DNA from: the human T2T-CHM13v2.0 reference genome, Homo sapiens
Reading direction: 5' to 3' (one strand)
Assembly: GCF_009914755.1 (NCBI RefSeq)
Contig: NC_060929.1
DNA length: 64,000 nucleotides
Below, one piece after another: positions 1 through 16,911 of the stretch. The first letter of the stretch is position 1. Each line of letters opens with the position of its first letter. The position numbers were made by a program, and so were the translations under genes. The notes beneath the pieces were generated by a model. It did not search any database, was not told the origin of the DNA, and worked only from the letters and a program-made list of their open reading frames with translations.

Positions 1-299
1 CAGACAATGAACCACATGGCCTTTTATTCTCTTTTTCCATCTCTTTGGCTCTATATCTTGTTCATACCCACTAGGGGGTAAAGCTAAAGGAAACAGAAGA
101 AGAGATTCAGTTCAGATGAGGAGGTACCTGATACAAGAGAGAAGAGATCTTTTGCTTTCCTCAAAAACCAATGTGTAGCAAATACTCCACCTGTGTTAAA
201 TTCTGTCATTACGTACTGTTAATAGAAGTAAGAAGTCAGCAGGAATTTGAGTCTCAAGAAGAATCATGAATGCAGTTGATTGAAACCTTCTTCATTTGA

Positions 300-1642
300 C
301 ACCATGGATGTAACTAGGATATCAACTTGTCAAATAAAAAGAAAGAATTAGGCATTTATTCTCTCTTTAACCAACTAAGCTTAGTTGATAAGGAAAGTTT
401 CTCTTCACAGAAGCATTTCGGCTAATAAATGCAGAAGGAATAATAAGATTAGAAAATAATGATTTGAGACCTCTGAAATAAGTGATTCAAGCAAAGATAA
501 TGAATGATTGATACCCTTAGTTGAAAGGCTGGTGGGAAACATTACAATAGAGGGATCAAGCTGTCACCACACTAACCCTCTGATCAATGTTAGCATCACT
601 AAGAGTGGAACAACCAGACACTCTGGGCCTCTTCATATGAGGTAACAGGAAGCTCACAAGCACCTCCTATGAAGCGTTCTTGCAACAACAATAAAAAAAG
701 GGTTTAACTTGAACCTAATCAAGTCTCTAGGGCTAACTTCCATTCATAGAAAATATGAGAAATAAAGAGACAAGTGATACCATGAAGAAGCAAACAGATA
801 ATTTCAAAATCTGGGACGTTCTTCAGGGCAACTTACCTGGTTTCTACAACTAGTCAACAGCAGGGTATGAGACGAAAAAGGGAGAGAGCTGTGCCAGAGT
901 GCCACAGTGACATGGCAGCCAAATGTCACGTTTGGTTTCCTATTTGAATGCCCCAACTATGAAAGTACTGTTTTTCTAAAAACAATCTGAGGAATTTTAT
1001 TAAGGAATGGATTTTATTTCATTTTACTTTTTAGAGAAAGGGTCTCACTCTGCCACCCAGGCTGGAGCACAGTGATGTGATCATAGTTCACTATAATCTC
1101 CAACACCTGGGCTCAAGGAATCCTCCTGCCTCAGTCTCTTACTAGCTAGGATTATAGGTATGCCAATGCCTGGCAAATTAAAAAGAATTTTTTTTTCTTT
1201 TTGTAGAGATGGGGTCTTGTCATGTTGCCCAGGCTGGTCTTGAACTCCTGGCCTCAAGCAATCCTCCTGCCTCAGCCTCCCAAAGTGCTGGGATTACAAG
1301 CATGAGCCACTGTATCCAGCCAGGAGTGGATTTTAGATGATACAAAGACATTGTTAAATTTTGGGGTGGGGGATAATGGCATTATGACGATGGGTTAAAA
1401 GTTCTTATTTTTAGAGACTCATATGTAGGTCAAGTATACAAGATGAGATTACCTGATGTCTGGGATTTTTTTTTAAAGTTTGGCAAATGCAAAAAAAAGG
1501 GACAAATGAAATGTGTTTGGTAAAATCTTCATAATTATATAATTATAATTGCATGTAATTACCATCAGGATGGTAGGTACATAGAGGTTTATTGTAATAT
1601 TCTTGGTATGCCTGCATGTGTTTGGAATTGTTTACAATAAAG
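300..1642 (+). mobile_element. Old L1 3' UTR fragment (L1MC4/5-like), interrupted by an Alu
   Basis: Resembles recalled L1MC 3' end (ctgatcaatgttagcatcac, cacctcctatgaag, gatgtctgggattt, ggtacatagaggtttattg), ending in AATAAA. Confidence 0.65.
1017..1321 (-). mobile_element. AluJ-like
   Basis: Dimeric Alu; TSD AGGA(A/G)TGGATTTTA at 1003-1016 and 1322-1335. Confidence 0.9.
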
Positions 1643-1825
1643 AATCAGGCATAGGAGGGAGAAGAGAAGGCAAAAAAGCAAGATCATATACTAATATGAT
1701 AGGACATTAAGCAATCTGCAACCCAAGAACCAAAGCTTAAACAACTATAACTTTTTACAGGAGCCTACAGATTTCAAATATCCTATTATGAAGAAAAAGC
1801 ATTCAATAGGAAAATGATACAATGA

Positions 1826-2186
<361 letters not shown>

Positions 2187-2203
2187 TGTTTCTAATTCCT
2201 GGG

Positions 2204-2501
2204 TTTTCTTTTTTGAGACAGGGTCTTGGTCTGTCACCCAGGGTGGAGTATAGTGGCATGACTATGGCTCACTGCAGCCTTGGCCTCCTGGGCTCAAGCT
2301 ATCCTCCTGCCTCAGCCTCTCAAGTAGCTGGACCACAGGTGCATACCACCACAACTGACTAATTAAAACAGTTTTTTTTTTTTTTTGTAGAAACAGTCTC
2401 ACCATGTTGCCACACTGATCTTGAACTCCTGGCCTCAAGCATCCTCCCACCTCAGCATGTCAAAGTGCTGGGATTACAGGCATGAGCCACCGTTCCCAGC
2501 C
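2204..2501 (-). mobile_element. AluJ-like
   Basis: Dimeric Alu; TSD-like TGTTTCTAATT on both sides. Confidence 0.9.
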
Positions 2502-2834
2502 TATGTTTCTAATTTCTTAAACAGCAGGTAATAAGTCTAATCTTTAGCAAAATAATAAAGTTTCTATTGACAGTAGAAGTTCCTAGACAGGCAACCACAT
2601 GCAATACATTAGATGAAATGTTTTAATCTCGCTGCACTGTTTAAACCCCTCAAATGCCTTCATTTAAAAATAATAGTTAAGAATCATCACCAGTGTAAAT
2701 AGCAACAGAGATATGACCTTGAACAGATGTCTTATTAGTTCATTGCAATTGTATACATGAGGACTCAAATGTACCAAGCCAAACAAGAACTGGTTTGGTA
2801 CCTGCCCAACATTATAAAATGCCAGATCTCTGAG

Positions 2835-3011
2835 AATGAGAAGACCTGAGATTCATCCCTTCCCTGCCACTGACGTATTATATGTCCTTGGGCATGTTCA
2901 TTCATTTCTCTTGGCCTTGTTCCCCAACTATTAAATGTGCATAACACTTTCCATCTACTTACCTTGGGGAAATGGTGAGGACCAAAGAGAAAACATCAGT
3001 GAAGTGCTTTG
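2835..3011 (+). mobile_element. MIR
   Basis: Core-like tccttgggcatgttc...tttctc...gtgaggaccaaa...gaagtgcttt. Confidence 0.6.
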
Positions 3012-3734
3012 ACCTCCTCAGGAAAAACAATATTTTTTCAGTACTACAGTATATTACATTTTTATTTTGACAGAGAACCACATAAAGTTTTTAAATTATA
3101 GATAATAAACCCAGCTTTATAATCATTAACAAACACTATGTAGATAATATGTCCAGCAAGGAACGCTGTCCAAATAACTTTTTAATTACACTCAGATTCA
3201 ATTCACCTTTAAACCTCACAGTTTCACTAGAAAGGCTGTGTAAATTGCAATTAAACAGAGAAGATTTGCAAGATTTCAGCTATTCACTTAAAGGTCTAGA
3301 ATGAAGGTTTAAAACTGACTTCTGGTTGGACGTGACTGTTAGAAGTTCTGATTTTAATTGCGATAACCACATGGGAGCAGAATAGGTTAAAATTAGTGAC
3401 TGCTTTAATTTTAGTTCTTAAACAAAATTACTTTCTAATCTCCCATTGGGTAGGGACACTAAAAAAATTACAATGTGCAAGAAGTGTTCGTTCTTTACCT
3501 AGAATCACGAATGGCAGTGATATTTCCAAGTTCTTCAATTTAGGAAGAACTACAATTTATTAGGAAATAAAATGTATAATCAATGTGTTTTAACAGGTCA
3601 GCAATTCATTCTGAGTACAGAAATGCTGGAAAGCAGAAATACGCAGTTTTAGTTTAAGGAGGAAAGGTTAAAAAAAAGTTCTCTTTTCCCCACTTTACCC
3701 TCTACCTGCTCAGTCTGTAAATTCAAGGATATTT

Positions 3735-4530
3735 AGATAAAGTCAGTCACTTGCTCAGAACCCTCCAGAGGCTTCCCAGTGGACTGATTGTTAAGCCCCA
3801 ACTCCCCAGAGTGTAAACATGTAAGCACCCCTCCCTTTCTCCATAACGTGCAACTATGCTCCCCTTGTTCGCACCACTCTTTTTGCTGTTCTTCAAACTT
3901 GTAAATTTTTTCTTTGCACTTGCTATTCTTCCCTTCCAATGGGATTATTCTTTCTCTCTTTCTTATTTATTTATTTATTTATTTATTTATTCATTTTTGG
4001 AGACAGGGTCTTGCTCTGTCACCGGGCTGGAATGCAGTAGTGCGATCACAGCTCACTACAGCCTCGACATCTAGGGCTCAAGAGAGTCCTGCCTTAGGCC
4101 CCCAGGTGGCTGAGACTACAGGCACGCCCCACCATACCTTGCTAATGTTTTTGTATTGATTGTAGAGATGGGGTTTCATCATGTTGTCCAGGCTGGTCTT
4201 AAGTGATCCGCCTGCCTAGCCTCCCAAAATGCTGAGATTACAGGTGTGAGCTACCAGGCCCGCCTTTTTTTTTTTTTTTTTTAACATTTCTTTACATGCC
4301 TGTCTCCTTTTCCCCATTCAGATCTCAGCTCAAATCTTCAAAGAGGCCTTTCTTGACCCCCTATGATAAGCAGCTACTTCCCCACCCCCACCCTCTATCA
4401 CATAACTTTGTTTTGACATCATAGTATTTATTACCTTCTGATTTTATCTTGTTGATTTGTTTGCTTGCTTGTTGTCTGATGCTTCCCTTCTACACAGCAG
4501 AGGCATTGTCTCTTGTTCACCTTTGTTTCT
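3735..4530 (+). mobile_element. L2a 3' fragment interrupted by an Alu
   Basis: ctcagaaccctccagaggcttccc, ctttgcacttgcta, cagctcaaat...aggccttt, tcttgttcac. Confidence 0.6.
3963..4264 (-). mobile_element. AluJ-like, (TTTA)n tail
   Basis: Reverse-complement dimeric Alu. Confidence 0.88.
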
Positions 4531-4771
4531 GTATATTCCCATAAAAGTATTCCAACTATTCAACCCATTCATTCAAAAGCTCTGTCCCTGCTTTACTCTC
4601 CAGTACTAATCTCCATCTTCTTGTGCCTATCTCTTCTTCTGGGATCTAAGGTTGAAATCATCTAATCCCTAGGTGAATGCTTAAAGGAAGAAAAGAGCAG
4701 AAAATTCACTTTGCCTAATATGTAACTCATCTTGGAAGATGAAGTTGCTTCTATTAGAATTAGGGATTAGG

Positions 4772-5093
4772 GGTCGGGCGCAATGCCTCACGCCGGTAAT
4801 CCCAGCACTTTGGGAGGCCAAGGCAGGGGGATTACCTAAGGTCAGGAGTTTGAGACCACTCTGGCCAAAATGGTGAAACCTCGACTCTACTAAAAGTAAA
4901 AAAATTATCCAGGTGCGGTGACGCATGTCTGTAGTCCCAGCTACTCGGGGAGGCTGAGGCACGAGAATCGCTGAACCCGGGAGGCAGAGGTTGCAGTGAG
5001 CCAAGATTGTGCTGCTGCACTCCAGCCTGGGTGACAGAGCTAGACTTCAACTAATAATAATAATAATAATTATTATTATTATTATTATTATTA
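4772..5093 (+). mobile_element. AluS-like with (TAA)6(TTA)8 tail
   Basis: Dimeric Alu; degenerate TSD TTAGGGATTAGGG / TTAAGGATTAAGG. Confidence 0.9.
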
Positions 5094-5314
5094 AGGATTA
5101 AGGGCTTTTTACAATTTGCATGCCTCACACTGGTAAGGAAACAGCTGGCTGTGGAGCCTACTGTCCAGGCCAGGCTCTCCATCAAAAGTAGGAGTCCTGA
5201 TTTCCACCAATCTGGCCTAGACCTGAAGATTTACTTGTTAATCCAAACAATTAGAGTAACTTGAGCTTCATTAGTAAGTGTTCTAGCAGCCAGGGAACCT
5301 ATCACTTCTACAAC

Positions 5315-6700
<1,386 letters not shown>

Positions 6701-7214
6701 GACATGTTGGAAAAAACAATCAATTCATTTTTTAAAAAAAGGAATTGATTTCTTCAATAAGAACAGCAAAAGTAGACTAGAAATATGCCATCAAAAAGAC
6801 AAAGGACAGCACTGAAGCCATGTATCATTATTGCTATCAGAATTCAGAGTGCCCAAGATCGCTCAAAAGTTTGAATGAACAAGGTATGGGTAGCTAAGAA
6901 CATTTTTGGCAGGGTGGTGTGGGGCTACACCACTACTTGAGGGAGCTCATGTTTTTTCCCATGATTCTTCTACCTAAAGAGCTTTCTAAAAAGTGCTTTG
7001 AGATGCATAATTGCTGATTGTACTGGTTATTTCTCCATTGCCTCTGTCCTGTCCCTGTGAACCAGTGTAGCAGCTTTCAGGCTGTCAAGAATTGAAATTA
7101 GCTTTACAGCATAGGAAGTGCCATTTTCCAAGCTACACTCCTTTAAATTTTTACAAAGGAAGGGGATCTACAAAAGAGCTAAACTTTTTGTTTGGGTAGG
7201 AAATGCTATAGGCA

Positions 7215-7941
<727 letters not shown>

Positions 7942-8650
7942 TCAGGGATCATGAGGATGAGAAGGAAAGAGTCTTTACAGAACACCTGGTATGCACTTTA
8001 TCTATCATTAACTAATTTAATCCAATAGTCACAAAATCTAATATTATCTGCAACTCTTGGAAACTGATTTCTGTAATGTCCCGTATTTATTGGAATGTCA
8101 GAGGCCCTAACTCATTTTCTGAATGTCCTAAAGCATGCAAGTGTCAATGAAGACCGAAATTGGCAGCCACACAAGGAATAATGAGATGAGGACTGCAAAA
8201 GCTTTCTATGGAATTGCATCCAGAAGGAAGAACAGCATTTCTGTGAAAAAAAAAAAAAAAAAAAAAGAAGTGAAGCCATTAATACTTGCATCAAATGAAT
8301 AGGGCATGTAGCCCAAAGTTAAGCCAAGAGTGTGTCAATTCATTTCATAAACTGAGAACTGAGGGACCTCAAGAATATGGAATAGAAACAAAATACATGT
8401 TAAATAAGTCATATCTACTTTTAAAGTTTATTAATTTTTCTTGATGATGCCAAAATACAGATCCTCTCCTTGTAGAAACATTGCAGAAAATATGAAGAAT
8501 AAAGGAAAAATTAATCATAATCCCACATCACACCAACCTTAATATTTTGCTGTATTTCCTGACATTTTTTCTCCAAATATAAGTGTGTGCGTATGTGTGT
8601 ATTTAAGACACACATTCTTTCATATTATAACGTATTAGAAATTGCACTGA

Positions 8651-9145
<495 letters not shown>

Positions 9146-9619
9146 TAAATATTAAAATTCGTGTCATTTTATTCAGAGGTAAAGCAATGTGTTTATATTA
9201 GGATAAAATATTATAAGCTGGAAAGAGGTTATTTAGAAGTATTTTATGCAGAGGTAGGAACTATAAGAAAGAGAAAGAGTGGTGGCGAGTAAAAGGTGAC
9301 TTTCAAGAAAAGTTAAAGGCCTCATCTGATAACATCAGATGTCCAGGTATACTTATATGCTACAAAATAGTCTAACATCAGAGCCAGCCCTTTTAATGTG
9401 TGTCCTAGACATAAATATACTCTCAACCCAAAGGAAACATTCTAATGTCTTCCTTCCAGGCATTCAGTAAAGAACAATATTCATGAACAAAACTATATTA
9501 ACACAACTTAATAAATTAGCTGATAAGATTCTTCTTTTCCATGGTTTCACCATTACCCAATATGACAATCCTATTTTTCACCACAAAAGAAAGCATAGTT
9601 CTTTTTCCAGAGTGTATCT

Positions 9620-10270
9620 CTAATTGATTTAAGTGCTTACACATTCCAGGGCCTGTGCTAAGTTCTGGTGATATAACTGAGCACATAGATAAGGTCCCTG
9701 TCTTCATGGAGCTAAGAGTCTTGTGTAGGAATCAGGGAAGTAAAGTGTAGTACAGAGAAGTAACAGACAATGAAAGGAAGCACAGGGTGCTCTGAAAGCA
9801 CAGAAGAGCCTTTTTAAAACTCAGGTTTTGAAGACTGAAGGGATTTCCAGGGGATATGATATCTAAGTGAATTCAAGGATGAATAGGAGTTAGCCAGGCA
9901 AAGATGGGGTAGCAGACTATTCCGGGAGCAAGAGAGGGCATGGTGAATTCCAAGAATGGAAAAGCTGGAACACAGAAGGTGAGGGTGGCAAGAGAAGATG
10001 AGGAGGCTGGAGCCACATCCTGAAAGGACTTGCGAGCATATGAAGGAATCTAGGCTTCTCCCTGAGGACAATGAAGAGCCATCCAAAGGTTTTGAGTGGG
10101 AGAGACATGATTAGATTGCTGGCCACAGTGTGGAGAAAGAATTAAAGGGAAATAGGACTAAAGAGAGAGAAGTCATTAAGGAGGCTGTGAAGGTAGCCAG
10201 GAGAGAGCATACAATGTCCCAGGTCAAATTAGCAGCAGCGGGAATGGAGAAAATTGAACACATTTGAGAG
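9620..10270 (-). mobile_element. L2 fragment
   Basis: aagtgcttac...ccagggcctgtgctaag, gtccctgtcttcatggagct, gacatgattagatt. Confidence 0.65.
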
Positions 10271-10647
10271 GTTATCAATTAAATTACTTCTCACCATTTG
10301 TGCCTCAGGAATTTTCCTATCAAGGTGCCACAATCACCAATAGCAAGGAAAAGAAGATACATCGGGCTTAAAATCTTGTCTTCAAACAACATAGTAGATC
10401 AATTAGCTATTTTGGTCAACAATGTTAAAAAAAGATCCAAATTATGTAGAAAACGAGAGGAATTAAAACCAACAGTCAGATCAATGGAAAAAGGCACAGA
10501 GTCTTTCATACTTTGATATTGACCCAAACAGGAATACAAGATTAGTATTTTTATTAATTATTTAGCTAATGCTGAATAAGAAATACATATGATATAAAAT
10601 CCCAAACAGTACCAAGAGGTTTGAAATGAAAATTCTCCCTCATACTC

Positions 10648-11063
10648 TGTATAAGTTGGTTCTTGCACTGCTATAAAGAAATACCTGAGCCTGGGTAATT
10701 TATAAAGAAAAGAGGTTTAATTGGCTCACAGTTCTGCAGGCTGTACAGGAAGCATTGTGGCCTCTGCTTCTGGAGAGGCCGCAGGAAGTTTCCAATCATG
10801 GCAGAAGGCAAAGGAGGTACAAGGCACGTTACATGGCTGGAGCAGAAGGAAGACAGAATGGGGAGGTGCTACATACTTTTAAACAACCAGATCTTTTGAG
10901 AACTCACTATCACAGGAACAGCACCAAGTGGATGGTGCTAAACTATTCATGAGAAAACTGCCCCCATGATCAAATCACCCCCCAACCAGGCCCCACCTCC
11001 AACACTGGGAATTACAACTGAATATGAAATTGGGGTGGGAACATAGATCCTAACCCTATTACA
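10648..11063 (-). mobile_element. MaLR solo LTR (MSTA-like)
   Basis: gctataaagaaatacctgag...gggtaatttataaagaaaagaggtttaattggctcacagttctgcaggctgtacaggaagcat matches recalled MSTA reverse complement. Confidence 0.88.
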
Positions 11064-12344
11064 TCCCAACTCCTGCCTTTTAGATCTCCCTCCTAGAGGC
11101 AATTACGAATTTCTTGTGTCTTCTTCCAAAGATATATCATGAATATAGAATCATATGTTAAAGCATAGTATCTTGATACTTTATATCCTACTTTGATACT
11201 TTCTTTACAAATGTCAAGTTTATAACTATTGTCATACATGGTAAATTATCCAAAGATATGCGATATTCTAAAACCATGTCAATTCATTTTTCTAAATAAT
11301 GTAATAATTCTTTTCCAGGTAAGCAGATCTCATTTTAAATTTAAGTAAACATTTAAGAACTTACAGGAGTACATGACCTAATGTGTTTTGTAAATACCAT
11401 AAGAGCCTGAATGAGACTCACTCATCAATGGTTCTGCCATTATCTCAAATTTCTGATTCATTGTTCTGCACATTTCTCGTTCTAGTCTAGTTAAACAGAA
11501 CCTCTTACTATGCCTGTTATTCTCTTTTCTCAATCCCAGCTGTATAGTGTAGAACAATTCTTTATTGTTTTCCTGAAAATCGTGTCCATTTTATTCCTCA
11601 AAATATTTTAAAAACCAACCTCTTCTAAGAGATTGACCCTAAAACTCTCCAACCTTTGGATATAATTTGGGATAACTCGGGAATGTTATGAATTCCTTAT
11701 CCTTGCTGTATATTATCCCATTTTTCCCTCAAATCTGAAGCCAATCACCCCTTTGAATGTTTCTGTTTCAAAAGACAATACATTCTCTTCAGTGTGTAAA
11801 CTGGTTTGAATTGAGTTGCAACATGACTAATACGGATACCTTTTTATGGCTAGGTTCTCCCTCCCACCAGACCCAAAATGCCCCCTAAAGCTTTCACTCA
11901 TTTGCATTTCCTACCTATAAAATGAGATTAAGACTATTACCTCTCCTGCAGAACAGCTGTTCATGTACAGAATACAGTTGTACCAACTACACATCATTGC
12001 TTTTTTTTGCCAGGTTAAACTCCTCCAGTTTCACCAGCTTTTCCTTGTGTAACATAATCTTTCTCAGTCTTTTGGCCAAGATCAAATGCGTATATATGGT
12101 ACAATTTCTAGGTATTTCATCATCTTGGCTGCCCTTAGCTTATCAATGTGTGTCTCAATAAGATTCCCATAACCAAATAAAATGTTCCATCATAGAGTAA
12201 ACTAAGACTTGCCAAATCTCTTGCTAAATTACTGGGGCCCAAGTTTGATCCAGACCAGAATTTTTGCGGTGGCTGTGGGAGTGGACATTGCTGGCTTGGG
12301 TCTCTTGAGCCCAAAGCAATGACAGTTGGTGGCCGCTTCCCAAG

Positions 12345-12948
12345 CGTGATAGTTAATTTTAGGTGTCAATTTGACTGAATTCAGGAATACCTGGAAACTT
12401 GGTAAAGCATCATTTTTGGGTGTGTCTGTGAGGGTGTTTCCAGAGAAGATTAGCATGTGAGTCTGAGTAGAGGAGGTGAGGAATATCTGCCCTCAGTGTG
12501 GGTGGGTACCAACCGAATCAGCTGGGGCCCCTAAGAGCACAGAAACAGAGAAAAGGCGAATGTGTTCATCTATCCATGAGAGCTGGGATACACTTTTCCT
12601 CTCTTGCCCTTGGACATCAGAACTCCAGGTTTCCCAGCCTTTGGACTCCAAAACTTACACAAGCACCTCTTCACCCCAGCCCTCCAGGTTCTTGGAGCTT
12701 GGCTTCCCTGGTTCTGAGGCTTGTCAGACTAGGACCGAGCCATTCTAGCAGCATCCCACAGTCTCCAGTTTGCAGATGGCTTATGGGATTTCTCGGCCTC
12801 TGTAACCGTGTGAGCCGTTACCCTAGTAAATTCCCTATCATCTGTCTATCTGTCTATTTATCTATCTATCTATCTATCTATCATCTATCTATCTATCTAT
12901 CTATCCATCCTATTTCTTCAGTCTTGCTGGAGAACCCTGACTAACACA
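12345..12948 (+). mobile_element. ERVL solo LTR (MLT2B-like)
   Basis: gtgatagttaattttaggtgtcaa...ggagaaccctgactaacaca; 5-bp TSD CCAAG at 12340-12344 and 12949-12953. Confidence 0.88.
12836..12906. repeat. (TATC)n tetranucleotide STR within the MLT2 LTR
   Basis: Directly visible, interrupted array. Confidence 0.9.
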
Positions 12949-13069
12949 CCAAGTAAGGATAGGCCAGAAGTAAGGGACAATCCAACATGCCTAATAAGGG
13001 GAACGGGGGCAAGAATCGGACCTGAAACAAAGAATTGGTAATCAAGAATGATTATAATTGGAAAGTCTT

Positions 13070-13372
13070 GGCCGGGCGCGGTGGGCCACACATGTAATCC
13101 CAGAACTTTGGGAGGCCGAGGTGGGCAGATCATGTGAGGCCAGGAGTTTGAGACCAGCCTGGCCAACATGGCAAAACCCCGTCTCTACTAAAAATATAAA
13201 CATTAGCCAGGCATGGTGGTGCACATCTGTAATCCCAGTTACTCAGGGGTGAGGCATGACAATCTCTTGAACCCAGGAGGTGGAGGTTGCCGTGAGCTGA
13301 GATTGTGCCACTGCACTCCAGCCTAGGCAGCAGAGTGAGACTCTATCTCAAAAAAAAACAAATAAATAAAAA
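13070..13372 (+). mobile_element. AluS-like
   Basis: Dimeric Alu; TSD GGAAAGTCTT. Confidence 0.92.
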
Positions 13373-14087
13373 GGGAAAGTCTTAATCTGTTCTTGGTTAC
13401 TTTTCCGTATGAAGTGAAGCCTGTATATTTCTGGTGATAGTAAAACACAAGGACACAAAGACAAGGAACTGAATATTTTTACAACATCCTGTCCCAGACA
13501 TTGGTCAAGGAGATAAAAGTAAAAGGTTCTGAGCTGGGTTGAACAGGACTTTTACTGCTTTAATATGTTGATTAATGCAGCTTCAGACAGAATTCGCTTT
13601 TTTAATGGTGTATCACACTGTGGGCTCAGCTGACATTGTGGTCAACCAAAGCCATGAGGTCTCTTTTACATGAGCAGTGGCCATTAACAATACACAATTA
13701 TGTACTTGTGCAACTTATTTTTGCCTCTTCAGAGCAGGAACTTACATTTACCCATTAGCATTTCTTTTCTGAGTATTCCACCTAGTTTAGAGGTTAAGTG
13801 CTTTGGAGTTAGTCTGAGACTGTAACTCAGCTCATTCATCTTTTGGCTGTCTGCGTTTGGGCAAATTCCTTTTAACATTATTTGCTTAAATAACATTTAA
13901 CAAAATTAATCATATTGATTTTGCCCCAACAGTCATTTTTCCATCTATCAACTCATTTACTCATTCATTCAACAAATACATGTCTTCTAAGAGCCAGGCA
14001 CTGTGTTAGATATGCAGTAAATGCCTTCTCTGGGGTCTTCATTAAGTTCACTAATACAATTGTTTTACAAACAGAATTCAAGGATCA

Positions 14088-14471
<384 letters not shown>

Positions 14472-14519
14472 GAATGCAGAGAGTATGATTGTTGAACTTG
14501 ATATAAATACAACTGAGTA

Positions 14520-15144
<625 letters not shown>

Positions 15145-15349
15145 TTACAACTGAGTAAACTATTTTCCAGTCCGTGGGCACATCCGTATACCTTTTTTGT
15201 TAAATGTCTCACACTGGGAAAACAAAAGAGCTCGGGACCCAGTCAGTATGATTAATAGAATAACACACACACACACAAAATACAGTCAACATACATGTTT
15301 TCCTAATGAATGCACCTTTTAGCCTATTTTTTTTTCAGAAAATAACTGT

Positions 15350-15620
15350 TTTTAATATCTAAAACTGAAAACAACCCAACAGTAGAGAAATTAACTGTGG
15401 TATATGAACTCATTGGAATAACAGCTAGCAATGAAAAAGAACAAATTACAACAACCTGGGTGAATCTCACAAAACAATGTCAAGTGAAAGAAGACAGACA
15501 TGATAATACACGTAGCATTCCACTTACATAAAGTACAAAAACAGGCGAAAGTTTATACTGTTAGAAGTTGGTCTAGTGGGGAAGGGGGAGGTAGTGACTG
15601 GAAGGGGGCATGAGATTTAG
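15350..15620 (+). mobile_element. Old L1 (L1ME-like) 3' fragment
   Basis: aaacaacccaa, actgtggtatat, gtgaatctcaca, attccacttacataaagt. Confidence 0.6.
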
Positions 15621-16295
15621 CCTGTATTTTGCACTAGTGGTCTTCAGAGTACCAATTCATGAACCATCCTGTTGTCATAACTTAAGACTTTCTCATAAAA
15701 ATAAAAGTTTTGTCCATAAAATATATACAAATACATAAAGGAGGCTAAAACACATTTTGCCTAAATGTGGCAGAAACACCATCAAATTACATTTAAGTTA
15801 GAAGTGATTACTTCTTCCTTCTTAAAATACTTAGTCATCACCTCTATATCTTCTCAGGCCCAATATGCATTTTGAGATTGGTTGTATGACCCAAGTGTCT
15901 GGCAGCCTTTCTTCTAGACCAGCTGTCAATGACTGAAAAACAAGCAAGCTCTCAAATGCACAATGTGTATCAAGTCATGCAGTTCTATAAAAGGAATACT
16001 TGATTTGATCTTCAGCAGCCAGAGTCGGGTAGCCGAAAGGTGATTATAACTACGTCTGGTATTCATATCAACCTCAATCATTCACTGTCTACCAATTGAC
16101 TCTAATAAGATGCTCCCAACCATATATTTAATTCCCATGAATTACTTGTTGATTATCCACACTGCAGGTTATCTGCAATACATTTTCTTTGTCCTGGGCC
16201 AGCTTCATCTTGTTCTCTCCTAGATCACTTTCCCTATTGTCCAGCTGGTGTGTGCCCAGCAGAAAAGGTGAACTAATCTTTATAGCAGTGTAAAT

Positions 16296-16506
16296 CAGTG
16301 GTTTCCAACTGGGAGAGATTTTGGCTCCAAAGGGGACATTTGGCAATGTCTGTAAACATGTTTGGTTGCCACAAATATGAGGTGCTTTTGGCATCTATTG
16401 GTAGAAACCAGGGACGCTAGTAACATCCTACAATGCACAAAACAGCCCCTACAGCAAAGACTTGTCCAGTCTAAAATGTCAATAGTGCTGAAGTTTTGAA
16501 GCCCTC
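16296..16506 (+). mobile_element. MER20 (hAT-Charlie MITE)
   Basis: cagtggtt...ggggacatttggcaatgtctg...catcctacaatgcaca...aaaatgtcaatagtgctga. Confidence 0.85.
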
Positions 16507-16744
16507 ACCTAAGTAAAGATAAAATAGGGAAACAATTTACAATTAACAAATACACTTCAAGTGGAAGTATGAGTGATTTGGAGGTTAACATTTGTTTTGG
16601 ATTCTCTATTTCAAAGCTTCCCTCATGAACAAGGGTAATGGACATTGAATATACATTTATTATTTCCTGTGCATGCCTTTCCATGGTTATTTAGGTTTGT
16701 AACCTTTGAATTAGGGTGGTAAAAATGCCTTCTTTTCAAATGGG

Positions 16745-16911
16745 TTTTTTTTTTTTTTTTTTTTTTTTTTAGGAGACAGGGTCTCATTCAGGCTGGAGTG
16801 CAGTGGCACCATCATAGCTCACTATAGCCTCGAACTCTTGGACTCAAGCAATCTTCCTGCCTCAGCCTCCCAAAGTGATGAGATTACAGGTATGAGCCAC
16901 CATGCCTGACT
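16745..16911 (-). mobile_element. Monomeric or recombined Alu (FRAM/FAM-like)
   Basis: Long poly-T followed by a single-monomer-length Alu. Confidence 0.8.
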
